Shown: positions 37,088-51,290, counted from the first letter of the whole stretch. The stretch: 63,967 nt of DNA, filler included, from Octopus bimaculoides (GCF_001194135.2; 6 parts of 6 records of this genome joined end to end with filler, not necessarily neighbours in it); one strand, 5' to 3'. Translations and numbers: made by a program. The notes: generated by a model from the letters alone, not told the origin.

Positions 37088-37306
37088 AAAGGCGGCGAAT
37101 TGGAAGAATCGTTATCATGCCGGACGAAATATGTCACGGCATTTCGTCCGTCTATACGCTCTGAGTTCAAATACCGCCGAGATCGACTTTACTTTCAGCT
37201 TTTGGGGTCTATAAACTAAGTACCAGTGAAGCACCGGGGTCAATGTAGTCGTTTTCCCCTTCCCCTCCCCTCAAAAACTGCTGGCCCTGTGATAAAATTG
37301 CAAGCC
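37088..37306 (+). mobile_element. SINE family A, full length
   Basis: aaaggcggcgaattggaagaatcgtta head, ctgagttcaaa box, shared tail. Confidence 0.85.
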
Positions 37307-37762
37307 ATTATTGTTATTGTTGTTGTTATCATTCTTGTTTAGCTCCCAGTTAATAATGGATAGAGAAAGCAAAAACTAGCTATCTACGCTTTAATATGCT
37401 CGGGTCTAATTTACATAAAACTGTCTTATTCAGTATATTCTTCATTAAACATAAGACGTGATTTCGGTTGCTATTTCTAGCCGGTCGTGCGGCAGGTAGA
37501 GGATTTTTTTGTCCGTTCAGTTTATGTAGCTGCATGGTAGCATTTTCAAGCAAAGAGATCTCCAAATGCTTTAAAGCTTTACAATAAATGCAAAGGAATG
37601 TGGGAATTTAAGATGTGCTGTTCACGCGTAAGTAATGTGAACGTAATGATGTGGATGTGTTTTATTGGCAAATGTTTTAGAGCTGTTAAATGACATTTAG
37701 ATGGTCTTTCCGACATGGCAAGATAAAACAGAAGCCTCACGCAGGCTCAGAGAATACAAGTA

Positions 37763-37804
<42 letters not shown>

Positions 37805-38859
37805 GAATATATGTATATATATATATATATACATGCATGTATATGCGTGCATGTATAGATTTTATATGTACATATACATGTATATGTGTGTGTGTATGTG
37901 TATGTGTGTGGATATATACATATATATATTTATATATATATATAAATAACGGAGTCACATGACTGAAACAAGGAAAAGAATAAAGGAGTATATATAAATG
38001 TGTGTGTGTGGGTGTGTGTGTGTGTGTGCACTGTTTAGTCCATTCCAAATGGGCTAAACAGAATAGGAAGAGATACGTGGAATGGACTGTAACTGAAAGG
38101 GTCACAGGATATATATATAAATAAAAAAAAGCAACACGGATTTTAAAGATTATTGCAGTACGCACGTTTCATGCTATTCCTTTTATTTAAGTAATGCGAG
38201 CATTAAATTAAATGCAATATATAGAGCAATCTTCAGCTGCACAAGGATGTAGAAAATTACAGTAGAATAGACATATTATATTTGCGGCAACATTTAAAAT
38301 CTAAGTGGGAAGAAGAATACATAAAAATCCATCTTGACATAGCCAAGGCTAGCAGGCTAGTAATTAATTCTAGGTAGAATTCTGTCTCTGATTTATTTGT
38401 CTCCTATCTAGTGGTTACAGTATAAGGGGACAATCACTTCTAAGGAAAGGGAAGCTGTAAGCATTATACATGGATATGGTTATAAAGAAACAATCTTAAT
38501 AAAGAATGATAATAAAGTAATTATGTGCAATAAGATGTATGCTCTTCTCACGCGTTTGACTCTGACAAAAAAAGAAAAGTAGTTCTTCACAGAAGACAAA
38601 AGAATGGGTATGCTTAGAAACAGCTATCTCCCACTGAGCAGCAAATCTCTTTCGCTCTCTGTCTCTTCAACAGTATATACAGCTTCCAGTAAGACCACCA
38701 TCTATAAAAAGCACTTTGTTGAAAGTTTGACTCCTATTTCAATCAATCGTTTACTTTGTTTAATCATAACAATGCTTCCCTACCCCATCTCTATCAGTAT
38801 TATAAACATCTTTATTAGTGGTTACATATTGGCAAACACTTAATAAACTCTTAGTTTCA

Positions 38860-39010
38860 CCAGGTATTGCAATATCTATTATTTCACACAGCTTCTGGAT
38901 AATTTTCTTCACCATCATATAAAATTTCCAGCTCTTTATCTTGTGATCAAATTACATGGCAGAGTCCCAGATTATTTTGATTTACTCAAATTCCTTTAAA
39001 CATAGGAAGC
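38860..39010 (-). mobile_element. R4/Dong-like restriction-like endonuclease remnant
   Basis: IIWDSAM*FDHKIK...LCEIIDIAIPGETK. Confidence 0.55.
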
Positions 39011-39114
39011 TACTTTTCATAGTTCATACGATACTCGTGTCCAATCTAATTTATAATTTTCATATAATTTCTTCCTTCTGAACGGTTCCTGCGACAACAT
39101 TAGAGTGCTTTAAT

Positions 39115-39530
39115 AAAGAGGACGAAGTGACAGAATCGTTAGCGTATCTGTAGAAATGCTTAACAACATTTCTTTCGGCTCCTTACATTCTGAGTAAAGA
39201 GGTCACCTTGAGTTTCATCCTTTCGGGCTCAATAACACTAAGTACTAATCAAAAGCAGGGTTCGATGTAATAGACTTACCCACTTCCCTCAGAAAAATTG
39301 CCGGCCTTGTGTTAAACTTAAAAATGAATTTATGTAAGTTTGTGAGCAAGCAGAAACGTTAGCGCATTATTTCCAGCTCCTTACGTTCTGAGTTCAAATC
39401 CACCAGAGGTCGACTTTCCTTTTCATACTTTCCAGGCCGATAAAACAAGCACAATAATCAATCTGAGTCGATGTAAGTGATTTACTCCCCAGTCCTCAAA
39501 GTTCTGACCTAGCGTCAAAATTAGAAACCA
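39115..39530 (+). mobile_element. Two tandem SINE family A copies
   Basis: 39115-39325 and 39345-39530. Confidence 0.75.
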
Positions 39531-40511
39531 ATATGAATAATCTTATATTCGCAGCCAGCTAATTTCCTACCTTCAGTTACCAAATGCGCTACATTTTTCC
39601 CCATTTTTGTCGCATACTCTTCATAGCGAAGATTCAGCGATTTCCGTCGAGATGGTTTATGACGTGATCTGTTTTCCCGACATCGTTTTGCTCAATACCA
39701 CAGATTTGCTTGCCAGTTGTTTGACCTTAACCTGTTGAGCGTGTCCTTTAGTGACTATGTGCATCTCTGATAACGAACAGGCCGTCTACAGCAGCTTTAT
39801 TATTCAGGATGTCTTAGCAGCTTTATAGGTCCTCTAACGAATCAATGCACTTGCATTTATACAAATTTTTGTTGACAAGCCTCAACATATACGGATCAGA
39901 ATTGGGCCCCAAGACCAGTGAGGCCCCTGGACAACTATTTATTGTGCCCATGCCTTAAGATTGCCCCTGCTCATATTCTTTGTAATCTAATTTACTATTT
40001 TAAATTGGAATGTTTTACATTTTAAATGGTTTGCATTTTCACCGTTTTCGCAACACGCTCTCCACAGTAATGGCAAAGTAATTTTTGTCTAACTCGTTTA
40101 ATAATTTATGTCTAACTGTCTGTTTTCATGACGTCATTGTCACTGCTCTTGTCACTGTCCTTACAAAATCTGTTATATTTTCACAGTTTTCGCTACACGC
40201 TCTACATAGCAATGACTCTGTGATTTCTGCCTGGTTAGTTTATGAAGTGGTCCGTTTTCTCACCATATTTTTTGTTAAAAATATCCGCTAATAATTTATC
40301 CACATCAACATTGTAATCCATCTCCGTCATTTAAAAATATCAATACATTACTGTTTCTTGTGAAAACATCCCTACTTTTTCATGCTATTACCGCTTAAAT
40401 TCCCATGGTGATTACAAATTCTTCAATCCTAGTGATACCGATATTCTTTTTCTTTCCCAGCTGAAATTATATGTCTACTATGCTACTATACAGTAATTTT
40501 AGACTGCATTG

Positions 40512-40552
<41 letters not shown>

Positions 40553-40894
40553 NNNNNNNNNNNNNNNNNNNNNNNNNNNNNNNNNNNNNNNNNNNNTTAA
40601 TTAATTAANNNNNNNNNNNNNNNNNNNNNNNNNNNNNNNNNNNNNNNNNNNNGTATCAACAATCTTGTAAAAAAATTAATGATTCACTACATAAGTATGT
40701 GTATATAGACTGATATATGTGCATGTGTGTTTAATCAAGAGAGATGTATATTTGCATATATGCCTAAAGGGTGTTGTATATATATATATATATAAATTTA
40801 AAAAAGAAAGACGACAAAAAAACAACAAAAAACAACAACGCGAGGACGTGATACAGATTGTGTTACTGGATGCTCGGGAAAGGAAAGAAAGAGA

Positions 40895-40929
40895 ATTTGA
40901 CGTTTCGAGCGGAGCTCTTCGTCGGAAAC
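40895..40929 (-). ncRNA. Degenerate minimal hammerhead motif (U4 to C)
   Basis: TTT-CCGACGA-A-GAGC/TCC/GCTC-GAAAC-GTC-AAA; PLE-type loopless stem III with GUC triplet. Confidence 0.5.
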
Positions 40930-41651
40930 ATAGGACATTCCAAAGAAGGGAAGACGGAGGAAGAAAAAATCGCCAACGATATGAGTGTGTGTGTATGTGT
41001 GTCTGCTTATATTTATGTATGTATTAAACTTACAGAAGGAAAAGCTATTTTACAAAAACATATTGAGCAGTGCTCAATGTGATGCTTAACTGTTAAATAT
41101 ATATAGCACAAAAAGAAAATATTGTAACTGATTTGGTTTATTCGGACTGCCTAAAGTCATCGAAGCTCTATTACCTTTAACACTACCGTGAATGCCGCTA
41201 CATTTGTACAAAATGGAGAACATACGATTAACATTGCCCAGGTGATCTTGACATAAAGTTTACCATGCAACGAATGTTGAGACGCCATGCATATGCACCT
41301 TACCCAATTCAGACTTACAACAAACCGGAATACAACGCAATTCCTGTTCTTCAACAGAGCCTGCCCTATCTAATATTATATACACAACAGGTCAAATAAA
41401 AATAGGCCATAGCAAATTTCAAGAGATACCAGACTAATCTACTATACCTAGATATGCCTTAGTCAACAACTCCCTACTTCGATTGGCTACAACACCATAA
41501 AAATCGACTTCAAAAGACTTAACAGATTATGTTAGACTGCAGTATCAAATTAGACATGGTCTGGGCCAAATTTGCCCATAATATAGCTACGTTTATCTAA
41601 GTTTCGTCTAAGTTTCTATATGTATGCACACACACACGCACACACACATAT

Positions 41652-41717
<66 letters not shown>

Positions 41718-42428
41718 NNNNNNNNNNNNNNNNNNNNNNNNNNNNNNNNNNNNNNNNNNNNNNNNNNNNNNNNNNNNNNNNNNNNNNNNNNNNNNNNNNN
41801 NNNNNNNNNNNNNNNNNNNNNNNNNNNNNNNNNNNNNNNNNNNNNNNNNNNNNNNNNNNNNNNNNNNNNNNNNNNNNNNNNNNNNNNNNNNNNNNNNNNN
41901 NNNNNNNNNNNNNNNNNNNNNNNNNNNNNNNNNNNNNNNNNNNNNNNNNNNNNNNNNNNNNNNNNNNNNNNNNNNNNNNNNNNNNNNNNNNNNNNNNNNN
42001 NNNNNNNNNNNNNNNNNNNNNNNNNNNNNNNNNNNNNNNNNNNNNNNNNNNNNNNNNNNNNNNNNNNNNNNNNNNNNNNNNNNNNNNNNNNNNNNNNNNN
42101 NNNNNNNNNNNNNNNNNNNNNNNNNNNNNNNNNNNNNNNNNNNNNNNNNNNNNNNNNNNNNNNNNNNNNNNNNNNNNNNNNNNNNNNNNNNNNNNNNNNN
42201 NNNNNNNNNNNNNNNNNNNNNNNNNNNNNNNNNNNNNNNNNNNNNNNNNNNNNNNNNNNNNNNNNNNNNNNNNNNATATATATATAAAATAAAGATATAT
42301 ATGTATGTATATGGAAAATAAAGATGTATTGTTTCCGTTATTAATGGTATTAATAAGGTAATAATAAAGTGACCAATAAGTTCACACCGTTATAGGCACA
42401 ATATAAAGCAAATTTAGATTCAGTAATG

Positions 42429-42930
42429 TATATAGTACCACTGGCTAAAATCAGAGCCAAGGCTCTAAAACCACCATGAACTCACAATAAAGATACACAC
42501 GAGCAATGCAATGAGCATATTAGAACCTTTGCGTTGAATACATCATTAAGTAATCTATATTTCAATACCAGTTGATTTCATCCTCTGTTTGACCAACATA
42601 CTCTGGGACCTTCAGTTGAAAATAACATCTTAACATCTATTTCTAAAGTATTCACTACATTAGCTCGTTTGCGTTCGTTACTTTATATGTTCCGCTCCGT
42701 TTAAAAGAAAACTATCGTTTAAATGTTATTTTCAACTGAAGATCCCAGAGTATGCCTGTCATACAGAGGGTGAAATCAATTAGTATTGAAATATACATTC
42801 CTTACTGATGTATTCAACGCAAAAGTAAGCCTATTTCTAATATGTTCATTGTATTGCCCGTGTGTATCATAATTGTAAGTTTATGGTGGTTTTCGAGCTA
42901 GACTGTGATTTTAGCAAGTGGTATTATATA
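42429..42930. mobile_element. Foldback element with ~200-bp inverted arms
   Basis: 42429-42628 is the reverse complement of 42723-42930 with scattered mismatches; ~95-bp spacer. Confidence 0.85.
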
Positions 42931-42952
42931 TCCTACTGAATCTAGATTTGCC

Positions 42953-42984
<32 letters not shown>

Positions 42985-43377
42985 NNNNNNNNNNNNNNNN
43001 NNNNNNNNNNNNNNNNNNNNNNNNNNNNNNNNNNNNNNNNNNNNNNNNNNNNNNNNNNNNNNNNNNNNNNNNNNNNNNNNNNNNNNNNNNNNNNNNNNNN
43101 NNNNNNNNNNNNNNNNNNNNNNNNNNNNNNNNNNNNNNNNNNNNNNNNNNNNNNNNNNNNNNNNNNNNNNNNNNNNNNNNNNNNNNNNNNNNNNNNNNNN
43201 NNNNNNNNNNNNNNNNNNNNNNNNNNNNNNNNNNNNNNNNNNNNNNNNNNNNNNNNNGTTTGAATATACATATAAAAGTTCCCATTTTATTATGCTGGCT
43301 ACAGCCTAGTGATGCCAACTGCCAATATCAGTCTTTTGGGGTCACACCGAGCTGTGCCGATATCATGTAGGATAAAT

Positions 43378-43442
<65 letters not shown>

Positions 43443-45667
43443 CCATGGATGGAATTTTAAATATTGAAATGCCATTTTACCCCAAGAAATGAACACTGAA
43501 CACATGAACATAATCTACCCGATGTCTATGGATATTACGAACTGTACTGTAATCATCCCAGGTGTACAGACTTAAGAAACATGTGAATTGTGGAAACGCG
43601 CATAGTGATGCATTAAAATATTCAAAACGAAGGTAACTCTGTTAATAGGCGAAACTCAGTGAGTTAATTTAGCAATCGGGTAAAAGTGATCAGTAAAAAA
43701 GTAATGCCAGAATAAATGCTAGAATCGATATATTTGAAAGTGTTACAGTATCTTCGTTGCACTCTATCAACTCAAACCAGTGACAATGAAAATAAAAAAT
43801 AACTAAACCAAGAGACACTAATATCAAACAAAGCCGGTACAGTCGATAGTACTCCCTTGCTAGGTCTTAAATTATCTGGGTTAGATAGAAAAACTCAGTT
43901 TCATTGTTAAAATATGAAAGCCTCAAATTATCAAGAGATATTCTTGGGCATTTATCGGCAAATTAACATTTGATGTTCTTTTACAACCACCATGAAAAAT
44001 ATATTTATTATGGATAAACGTGAAATATAAACTGCGCTAGAGTTTAATATACATAAAATTGAAATATATACTGTGAGAGTTTTCAATAAACCAATTTCTG
44101 ATATCAGATGTTTACGCCATTAAAACAAAAGAGATTTTGATAATGAATATAAAATGTATTTAGGAAATACTAAAATAGACGAAAGTTTGAAAATTCAATA
44201 TTTGGTAATTAAGATATATANNNNNNNNNNTATATATATATATACAGCGCCATTAAACAACTTGTGTAAGATAATACAATGCCTTTTCTCTTCCTTTTCG
44301 TTAATTAAGGGACTGGTCAATAGTTCAATAGGTTGGCATACAATATTATCTAAGCCAGCTTGTTTGACCTCTTTAAATGATTGATCATCGATCAGTTCTG
44401 ATGAAGCCGATATGTGATCAAAAATTTTTTAAGACAAATATACTGTTTATTTGTCTCTCATAAACTACATAACGTAGCTTTTTTCTGATCTGGTACTGTT
44501 AGTTGATTGTCGTTTAACCGCTATTTTTAGCTGGTCTGCCGACCATGTAGATACATTCACCTTTGCTTTTTTTTCCGCTACAATAATGCTGATATATCAC
44601 ATCTACTAACGACATTCTTGAAAATACTGAACACTTTCACATTTAGCTCACTATCAATAGAGAAGATATGCTGTTTCAAAAGGGTAATGGACGACAGAAA
44701 CTCGACTACAAAATTAATTCAAGCGTGACTAAAAGCAGGCAAAAGTTCATGCTTTCGAATGAGCATCGAACAGTAAGGACGTTAATCCTTCCGAGAATGA
44801 ATAGCAGATAACCAAAGAAAGAACATCTTCCATTCAATCCCATTTTTTTAATAAATGAGCAGAAAAATGGTGTAGAAAGAGAGAGAGAGGAAATTTAGAA
44901 GATACAACTATTGACCGTACTAAATGCCAAGCTGAATGAAAACTGGAATAAATGGTGGAGAGAATAAATTTCATTGATCCTTTGAAATATATCAAAACTT
45001 GATTCAGAACTTATTCGCATTATATATNNNNNNNNNNNNNNNNNNNNNNNNNNNNNNNNNNNNNNNNNNNNNNNNNNNNNNNNNNNNNNNNNNNNNNNNN
45101 NNNNNNNNNNNNNNNNNNNNNNNNNNNNNNNNNNNNNNNNNNNNNNNNNNNNNNNNNNNNNNNNNNNNNNNNNNNNNNNNNNNNNNNNNNNNNNNNNNNN
45201 NNNNNNNNNNNNNNNNNNNNNNNNNNNNNNNNNNNNNNNNNNNNNNNNNNNNNNNNNNNNNNNNNNNNNNNNNNNNNNNNNNNNNNNNNNNNNNNNNNNN
45301 NNNNNNNNNNNNNNNNNNNNNNNNNNNNNNNNNNNNNNNNNNNNNNNNNNNNNNNNNNNNNNNNNNNNNNNNNNNNNNNNNNNNNNNNNNNNNNNNNNNN
45401 NNNNNNNNNNNNNNNNNNNNNNNNNNNNNNNNNNNNNNNNNNNNNNNNNNNNNNNNNNNNNNNNNNNNNNNNNNNNNNNNNNNNNNNNNNNNNNNNNNNN
45501 NNNNNNNNNNNNNNNNNNNNNNNNNNNNNNNNNNNNNNNNNNNNNNNNNNNNNNNNNNNNNNNNNNNNNNNNNNNNNNNNNNNNNNNNNNNNNNNNNNNN
45601 NNNNNNNNNNNNNATATATATATATTAAAGACTTGTAAGTGTTTTAAATACACCTGCGCGCGCGTAC

Positions 45668-45693
45668 TGAGACAGACAGACAGACAGACAGAC

Positions 45694-45767
<74 letters not shown>
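45668..45767 (+). repeat. (GACA)n(GATA)n microsatellite
   Basis: Direct reading; representative of many (TA)n, (CA)n, (ATT)n and (CAT/CAC)n tracts in the window. Confidence 0.95.
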
Positions 45768-46051
45768 CATTAGGACTCTTCTTTTTGCAGTGAGAGAGAA
45801 AATTAATCAGTATATATTTGAATGTATTAGCGTTTAGTCATTAAGCAAGAATTTTTCAACCACCGCAAATAAATTCAAATGCCAGATCACAAGTGTTTTT
45901 CTGGATCGTCTAACTTATGCGTACATTACGCATAGATTTCCTCTGACAGTTTCGGGTTGAGAAGTATAATTCACCACAAACTTTGATTTTATTAAATGTA
46001 TCTACAAATGCAGCGAGTAACTGCCAAACATTGCTAAATACACACTTACGT

Positions 46052-46405
46052 GGAGGCGCAATGGCCCAATGGCAGCGGACTCGCGGTCATAGGATCGCGG
46101 TTTCAATTCCCAGACCGCTTGTTGTGAGTGTTTATTGAGCGAAAACACCTAAAGCTCCACGAGGCTCCGGCACAACTTTCACACAACTTTCTCTCACTCT
46201 TTCTTCCTGTTTCTGTTGTGCTTGTAATTCAAAGGGTTAGCTTTGTCACACTGTGTCACGCTGAATATCCCCGAGAACTACGTTAAGGATACACGTGTCT
46301 GTGGAGTGCTCAGCCACTTGCACGTTAATTTCACGAGCAGGCTGTTCCGTTGATCAGATCAACTGGAACCCTTGACGTCGTAAGTGACGGAGTGCCAACA
46401 GCAAC
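46052..46405 (+). mobile_element. tRNA-derived SINE family B (tail type 2)
   Basis: A box TGGCCCAATGG, B box GGTTTCAATTCC; different 3' half from 17575-17880. Confidence 0.85.
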
Positions 46406-47096
46406 ACATTTACATACTTTACATAATTGTTATAAATTTTTAAATATAAATTCTGTTAAAATCAGCTTGTTGGGCAACAAAGGTTCACCCCTCTACAACC
46501 ACTATCAAACATCTAGAAAAACAGCCGCCTGAAAGTAAATGTAAAAATACACTGAGTTGAACTTTTAATATATCCATTACTTCAGGTATAGCAACAAGAG
46601 CTTGTAATCATGGGAGAAAACAAGGCCCCATTAAAATGAAGCATCGCTGCCAAAGGAAAGGCATGTAACGGTTGTAATAGTAACTATACTGAAACGAAAT
46701 ACAAAATATTAACTCCACGTGTCAACATTTTGCACGCGTGAGTAGAAACACTTCTCGCCTGTTTACTAATAAAAAGAGTGAAACGATCACATTTCAATTG
46801 CAAATCTTGTGATTACATATTAAAAATTCAGGGTTAGGACTTCGAAATTGATAAGATGGTGAGAAACTACGGAATTTCACTAGTGGACGAAACGTATTTC
46901 TTGATGCACAGTGAATGACAATCCCTAAGATATTAGTACAATACGCATATGTACATATATACATGTATATATGTATATATGCAATGCTTGTATGTATATA
47001 TATATATATTTATATACATAGATGCAGACATGCATTCGAAAATACATACATACATACGCACACACACACACAGACGCACGCACACGCACATATACA

Positions 47097-47127
<31 letters not shown>

Positions 47128-47139
47128 GCCAGACAATGA

Positions 47140-47445
47140 AAAATATAGCAGTCGGAACTCTCTTCCTACAAAAGAGTATCCCCAAATTCATTTGCGGTAT
47201 CAGTGTTGATTCCAACATTTGGGAGACTTGAATGGTCTGTAGAGGAAATCCACCCCATAGATGTTAAAACCTGCAAGACTATGCACGGGTATGTTTCCTG
47301 AAGGCTTGAAGAAGACAGAAATATCGACATGAAGCGCAGCATCTGTTGCACTTGTGGCCGCTATATTACATCTCTCTTCGAAGGCTATACACTTGTAATC
47401 AAGGAACAGAGGATTGCTACGAACTACCTGATAAATAAAAAGGAC
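47140..47445 (+). mobile_element. R4/Dong-like LINE RT C-terminal remnant
   Basis: NSFAVSVLIPTFGRLEWSVEEIHPIDVKTCKTMHG. Confidence 0.7.
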
Positions 47446-47487
47446 ATAACCAGAAATATTTCTGGCATAACCAGAAATATATGTGTA

Positions 47488-47547
<60 letters not shown>

Positions 47548-48464
47548 NNNNNNNNNNNNNNNNNNNNNNNNNNNNNNNNNNNNNNNNNNNNNNNNNNNNN
47601 NNNNNNNNNNNNNNNNNNNNNNNNNNNNNNNNNNNNNNNNNNNNNNNNNNNNNNNNNNNNNNNNNNNNNNNNNNNNNNNNNNNNNNNNNNNNNNNNNNNN
47701 NNNNNNNNNNNNNNNNNNNNNNNNNNNNNNNNNNNNNNNNNNNNNNNNNNNNNNNNNNNNNNNNNNNNNNNNNNNNNNNNNNNNNNNNNNNNNNNNNNNN
47801 NNNNNNNNNNNNNNNNNNNNNNNNNNNNNNNNNNNNNNNNNNNNNNNNNNNNNNNNNNNNNNNNNNNNNNNNNNNNNNNNNNNNNNNNNNNNNNNNNNNN
47901 NNNNNNNNNNNNNNNNNNNNNNNNNNNNNNNNNNNNNNNNNNNNNNNNNNNNNNNNNNNNNNNNNNNNNNNNNNNNNNNNNNNNNNNNNNNNNNNNNNNN
48001 NNNNNNNNNNNNNNNNNNNNNNNNNNNNNNNNNNNNNNNNNNNNNNNNNNNNNNNNNNNNNNNNNNNNNNNNNNNNNNNNNNNNNNNNNNNNNNNNNNNN
48101 NNNNNNNNNNNNNNNNNNNNNNNNNNNNNNNNNNNNNNNNNNNNNNNNNNNNNNNNNNNNNNNNNNNNNNNNNNNNNNNNNNNNNNNNNNNNNNNNNNNN
48201 NNNNNNNNNNNNNNNNNNNNNNNNNNNNNNNNNNNNNNNNNNNNNNNNNNNNNNNNNNNNNNNNNNNNNNNNNNNNNNNNNNNNNNNNNNNNNNNNNNNN
48301 NNNNNNNNNNNNNNNNNNNNNNNNNNNNNNNNNNNNNNNNNNNNNNNNNNNNNNNNNNNNNATATACATATATATATATACATATATATATATATACACG
48401 TACGTACGTAAATAATACGTTCATAGATACATGCATGCCTTCGTAGATAGGCTCTTAGGGAGAC

Positions 48465-48513
<49 letters not shown>

Positions 48514-48970
48514 TCGTTTTCTATTTGGAAAATATGAGGTTGTAATTGTTTCCACAAAAACAGTCTTTGTAGTCCTGTGAAAAATATATATCACTTGTAA
48601 AAGCAATGTAAATAATAAACGAGAGGCGAGATGAAAGCTGGTAGAAAGAAAAGGAAGAAAACGGAAACAAAGAAGGACGGGCGGAAGGAAGGGAAGTAAA
48701 TGGAAAAATAATCAGCAATAAATATGGTTTTGTTAAAAAAGATAATCGAAGGAAATATTTCAACATACTTAATACACTCTCACATACACTCTCATACGCA
48801 ATACATGTATCCATATACATACATATGTGTGTGCGTGTGTATGTGTGTGTGTGTGTGTGTCTCTCTCTCTCTCTTTGAGTGTGTATGGGTGTGTGCACGC
48901 GCACGAGTGTATGTCTATAATCGTATGATATATATATATATATTTATATATCGGTAGATATATATATATA

Positions 48971-49011
<41 letters not shown>

Positions 49012-49941
49012 TATATATGCACACATGCATGCATACATATAGGTATATATGTACATATATACACATAAATATATACATATATAAATACATACATATATAA
49101 ATATACATATATAAATACATACATATAAATATATACATATATAAATACATATATATGCCTAAATACGTACATATATACGTACATATACGTACATATACAT
49201 ATACTAAATACGTACATATGCACATATATATATATATATATATATANNNNNNNNNNNNNNNNNNNNNNNNNNNNNNNNNNNNNNNNNNNNNNNNNNNNNN
49301 NNNNNNNNNNNNNNNNNNNNNNNNNNNNNNNNNNNNNNNNNNNNNNNNNNNNNNNNNNNNNNNNNNNNNNNNNNNNNNNNNNNNNNNNNNNNNNNNNNNN
49401 NNNNNNNNNNNNNNNNNNNNNNNNNNNNNNNNNNNNNNNNNNNNNNNNNNNNNNNNNNNNNNNNNNNNNNNNNNNNNNNNNNNNNNNNNNNNNNNNNNNN
49501 NNNNNNNNNNNNNNNNNNNNNNNNNNNNNNNNNNNNNNNNNNNNNNNNNNNNNNNNNNNNNNNNNNNNNNNNNNNNNNNATATATAACGACATCAGTCGT
49601 TAGCTGTTGCGTATCTTGTTTTGAGTATTTTGTATCACTGAATGAATTGCAAACGAATCCGTGTTAATACAAAAATAATAGTCATGCAGTAAAAAGTGCG
49701 TTTGCACATTTTCCATTTCATATAACAGTGTTGTTGATGTTTCAGATATTGTTCTTTTTTGTTGTAGCTAATGCTAGTGGTGGTGGTGGTTGTGGATGTC
49801 GCTATGCAATTGTGGTTAAATATACTGTGTTTGTTTATTTGTTAGTTTTCTCATCACTGTTCTGAATTTCTATATATTTCAAGGAAAGAAACGTTTAAAA
49901 ACACAGATCTATGTTTTCATAAGACTTTCTTTTTGTAAATG

Positions 49942-49993
<52 letters not shown>

Positions 49994-50003
49994 NNNNNNN
50001 NNN

Positions 50004-50051
<48 letters not shown>

Positions 50052-50053
<2 letters not shown>

Positions 50054-50257
50054 GCTGGCAGAAACGTTAGCACGCCGGGCGACATGCATAGCGGTATTTC
50101 GTCTGTCTTTACGTTCTAAGTTCAAATTCCGCCGAGGTCGACTTTGCCTTTCATCCTTCCGGGGTCGATAAATTAAGTATCAGTTGTGTACTGGAGTCGA
50201 TTTAATTGACTGGTTCCCTCCCCTAAAATTTCGGGCCTTGTGCCTAGAATAGAAAAG
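50052..50257 (+). mobile_element. SINE family A, well-preserved copy
   Basis: tRNA-like head, gagttcaaattcc B-box-like motif, (ATT)n on both sides. Confidence 0.9.
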
Positions 50258-51030
50258 ATTATTATTATTATTATTATTATCATCATCATCATCATCATTA
50301 TCATTATTTATTTAGTTAGTTATTTTGTTATTTGCCACAAGAGCCGAGCATAGCATGAACAATACAAGGACGAAATTACAGAACGAAGTGGTGTAAAGTG
50401 AGTTAAAATGACGCTTAACTGTGCCAGCAAATAGCAATATAACAACAGTACTACGACTAACCAAATTGTGCTGACAACAAATTAGGAGAAATCAAGAAGC
50501 GCCACAGATCCAGTATTGGCTTGCAATGTTCTCTACATGTGAATGCAGTTTGTTTGTCAACTTTTCCCGCAACACATTTCTTTATGGAGTTCTTCCCTGA
50601 GTGAAGCAAACACCGAGACTTGGGGCCTGGCATTTGGAATATAACCAGGTGCTCAGAGTTCTTAACCGTTCGAGCATTTCGTCTGCTGGCACTTCCACAT
50701 AAGCGTTCTATAGAAGGAAATTCTGTGCGTCAATGAGAATCAGCAAAGTAGCCTTTTCTAGAGAACACAGACAAAAGTGGGGATTAAACATACTAAACCA
50801 ATTTCCATTAGAGGATTCTCTCCCTTTCTCTCTCTCCCTCTCACTCTCTCTCTCCTTCTCTCTCTCTCTCTCTCTCTCTCTCCCTCTCTCTCTCTACTCC
50901 TTATCTATTTGGTGCTGGTGCATTTAACCGACAAGTTAAACATGACTGAACTCGAAATCAGACGATGTGATCGAATGTCCCCCTCCCAACATAATCCAGG
51001 CCTTGTGCCTATAGTAGGAAGGATTATCTG

Positions 51031-51290
51031 TATATAGACGACCTCAATTTTTAAACTACAGATGATAAACAACTAAAAGCGCTACTGCAGACAGTAGTGA
51101 AACTGGTATGAAATACGGATTCGAAAAATGCACCAAAGCAACGTTGAGGAGAAGAAAATTAATTAAGAATATTAAGATTATACTTGATAAAGAAACAAAG
51201 ATGAAACGATTAAGCCAAGCGCAGTTAAACAATTCAATGAACTAGAGAATATTCAGCAGTCAAAAACGATCGTGTCCATTTCCGGCTTTC
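51031..51290 (+). mobile_element. R4/Dong-like LINE RT remnant
   Basis: YIDDL...DKQLKALLQTV...GMKYGFEKCTKATL. Confidence 0.65.

Noticed and set aside
43482-43637. ~50-codon minus-strand open frame after an acceptor
   Set aside because: Available donors give phases that hit stops when joined to the next candidate exon; no recognisable motif.
47200-47428. 75-codon minus-strand frame after a strong acceptor (VVRSNPLFLDYK...)
   Set aside because: The plus strand translates to recognisable R4-like LINE RT motifs; the open frame is its antisense shadow.
49941-50051. (TAA)n-gap-(TTA)n inverted microsatellite
   Set aside because: Arms are separated by an N gap, so the palindrome may be a scaffolding artefact.
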